From NCBI GenBank assembly GCA_964582155.1, contig CAZOSA010000002.1:1432-53968 (forward strand): 52,537 nucleotides of DNA. Reading direction: 5' to 3'. The notes beneath the pieces were generated by a model, which saw nothing but the letters and a program-made list of their open reading frames with translations, did not search any database and was not told the origin of the DNA. Positions 52,447 through 52,537 of the stretch are shown one piece after another; within the stretch, counting starts at the first letter, position 1; every line of letters starts with the position of its first letter. Source of the stretch: an uncultured Enterobacteriaceae bacterium (GTDB lineage: Bacteria; Pseudomonadota; Gammaproteobacteria; Burkholderiales; SG8-39). The position numbers were made by a program, and so were the translations under genes.

Positions 52447-52537
52447 GCCGCAGTCCGCGCCGGCCCGCTCATGGCGGGTTGATCGCGGCGCGAACTCCGG
52501 ATCAGCACGCCGCCCACTGTTCAACGGTGGATCGAAC

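Overview
High-GC proteobacterial chromosomal window with no rRNA, tRNA or CRISPR array seen. About 41 kb of it (roughly 6.8-47.9 kb) is one exopolysaccharide (EPS) island of the Methylobacillus-type Eps / PEP-CTERM (XrtB-associated) class. The core genes are the epsA LuxR-type regulator, a PEP-CTERM-tailed secreted protein, the epsL outer-membrane barrel, the epsE exporter and the epsF/epsG co-polymerase pair. It also has a Wzy/O-antigen-ligase-like protein, a Wzx flippase, a divergent priming phosphotransferase and four GT4 glycosyltransferases. Two uronic-acid precursor branches are present: a CapI-like epimerase with a TviB-like dehydrogenase, and an AlgD-like GDP-mannose 6-dehydrogenase. 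There are also two AsnB-type amidotransferases and three lyase-like proteins. The most unusual content is an NRPS-like carrier-protein cassette inside the island, translationally coupled and co-directional with the UDP-uronic-acid genes. It comprises an Sfp-type PPTase, an acyl-CoA dehydrogenase, an adenylation domain interrupted by an FkbM methyltransferase plus a PCP, a docking-domain thioesterase with a Cys nucleophile, and a FemAB-like GNAT. A convergent module (ATP-grasp, low-GC membrane protein, WalW-like deacetylase) faces this cassette. Other notable points: a lipoprotein with three 132-aa tandem repeats and no canonical start codon; an EpsG whose N-terminus matches the tandem MshEN c-di-GMP-binding motif while its Walker A lysine and Tyr tail are missing; and no exosortase anywhere in the window. 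The island is bracketed by two-component and c-di-GMP signalling genes, including two paralogous receiver-HisKA_3 kinases. All domain calls come from motif recognition by eye; no database search was possible.
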